Below, in pieces: positions 62,844-62,876 of a stretch of 62,876 bases of DNA. Source of the stretch: Chiloscyllium plagiosum (lineage: Eukaryota); assembly GCF_004010195.1 (NCBI RefSeq), contig NC_057718.1, positions 61,420,301 through 61,483,176 of the forward strand, read 5' to 3'. Position numbers and translations under genes: made by a program. The notes under the pieces are model-generated. The model searched no databases. It saw nothing but the letters and a program-made list of their open reading frames with translations, and was not told where the DNA came from. Each line of letters opens with the position of its first letter. Within the stretch, counting starts at the first letter, position 1.

Positions 62844-62876
62844 AAGAGATACCAGGCTTATATTACCACTGTCTTG
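62384..62876 (+). repeat. Inverted ~98% duplicate of 54345-54837 including non-LINE flank
   Basis: 9 mismatches counted over ~490 bp; shared flank agagataccaggcttatattacc(a/g)ctgtcttg beyond the CR1 tail. Confidence 0.93.

Noticed and set aside
1..62876. CRISPR arrays, rRNA, operons or other prokaryotic systems
   Set aside because: No regularly spaced repeats or gene-dense structure; the content is vertebrate transposon DNA

Overview
Vertebrate, repeat-dense DNA, most likely shark/elasmobranch given HE1-type V-SINEs and HER1/CR1 LINEs. It has one 231-N gap and no confidently identifiable host gene. Most listed ORFs are fragments or antisense shadows of decayed transposons: CR1 LINEs (one near full length with an SGNH-esterase ORF1 and APE-RT ORF2), Penelope-like elements (PLEs; RT plus GIY-YIG), two Gypsy relics, Harbinger/PIF relics (Myb-like and HARBI1-like), L2-like ends and several tRNA-derived SINEs. 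The most striking signal is a set of about a dozen minimal type-I hammerhead ribozyme (HHR) motifs from at least four PLE families. Four intact-looking cores sit as opposite-strand pairs in long palindromes (8.3-9.1 kb and 15.6-16.1 kb). Others sit in 100-200 bp ORF-less modules with their own target-site duplications (TSDs). Also notable: a twin-priming-like inverted CR1, an inverted ~98% duplicate that includes unique flank at the window end (possible CR1-mediated inversion haplotype), and low-confidence phase-compatible exons of an unidentified minus-strand gene. All calls are by eye and element boundaries are approximate unless tied to a quoted TSD.
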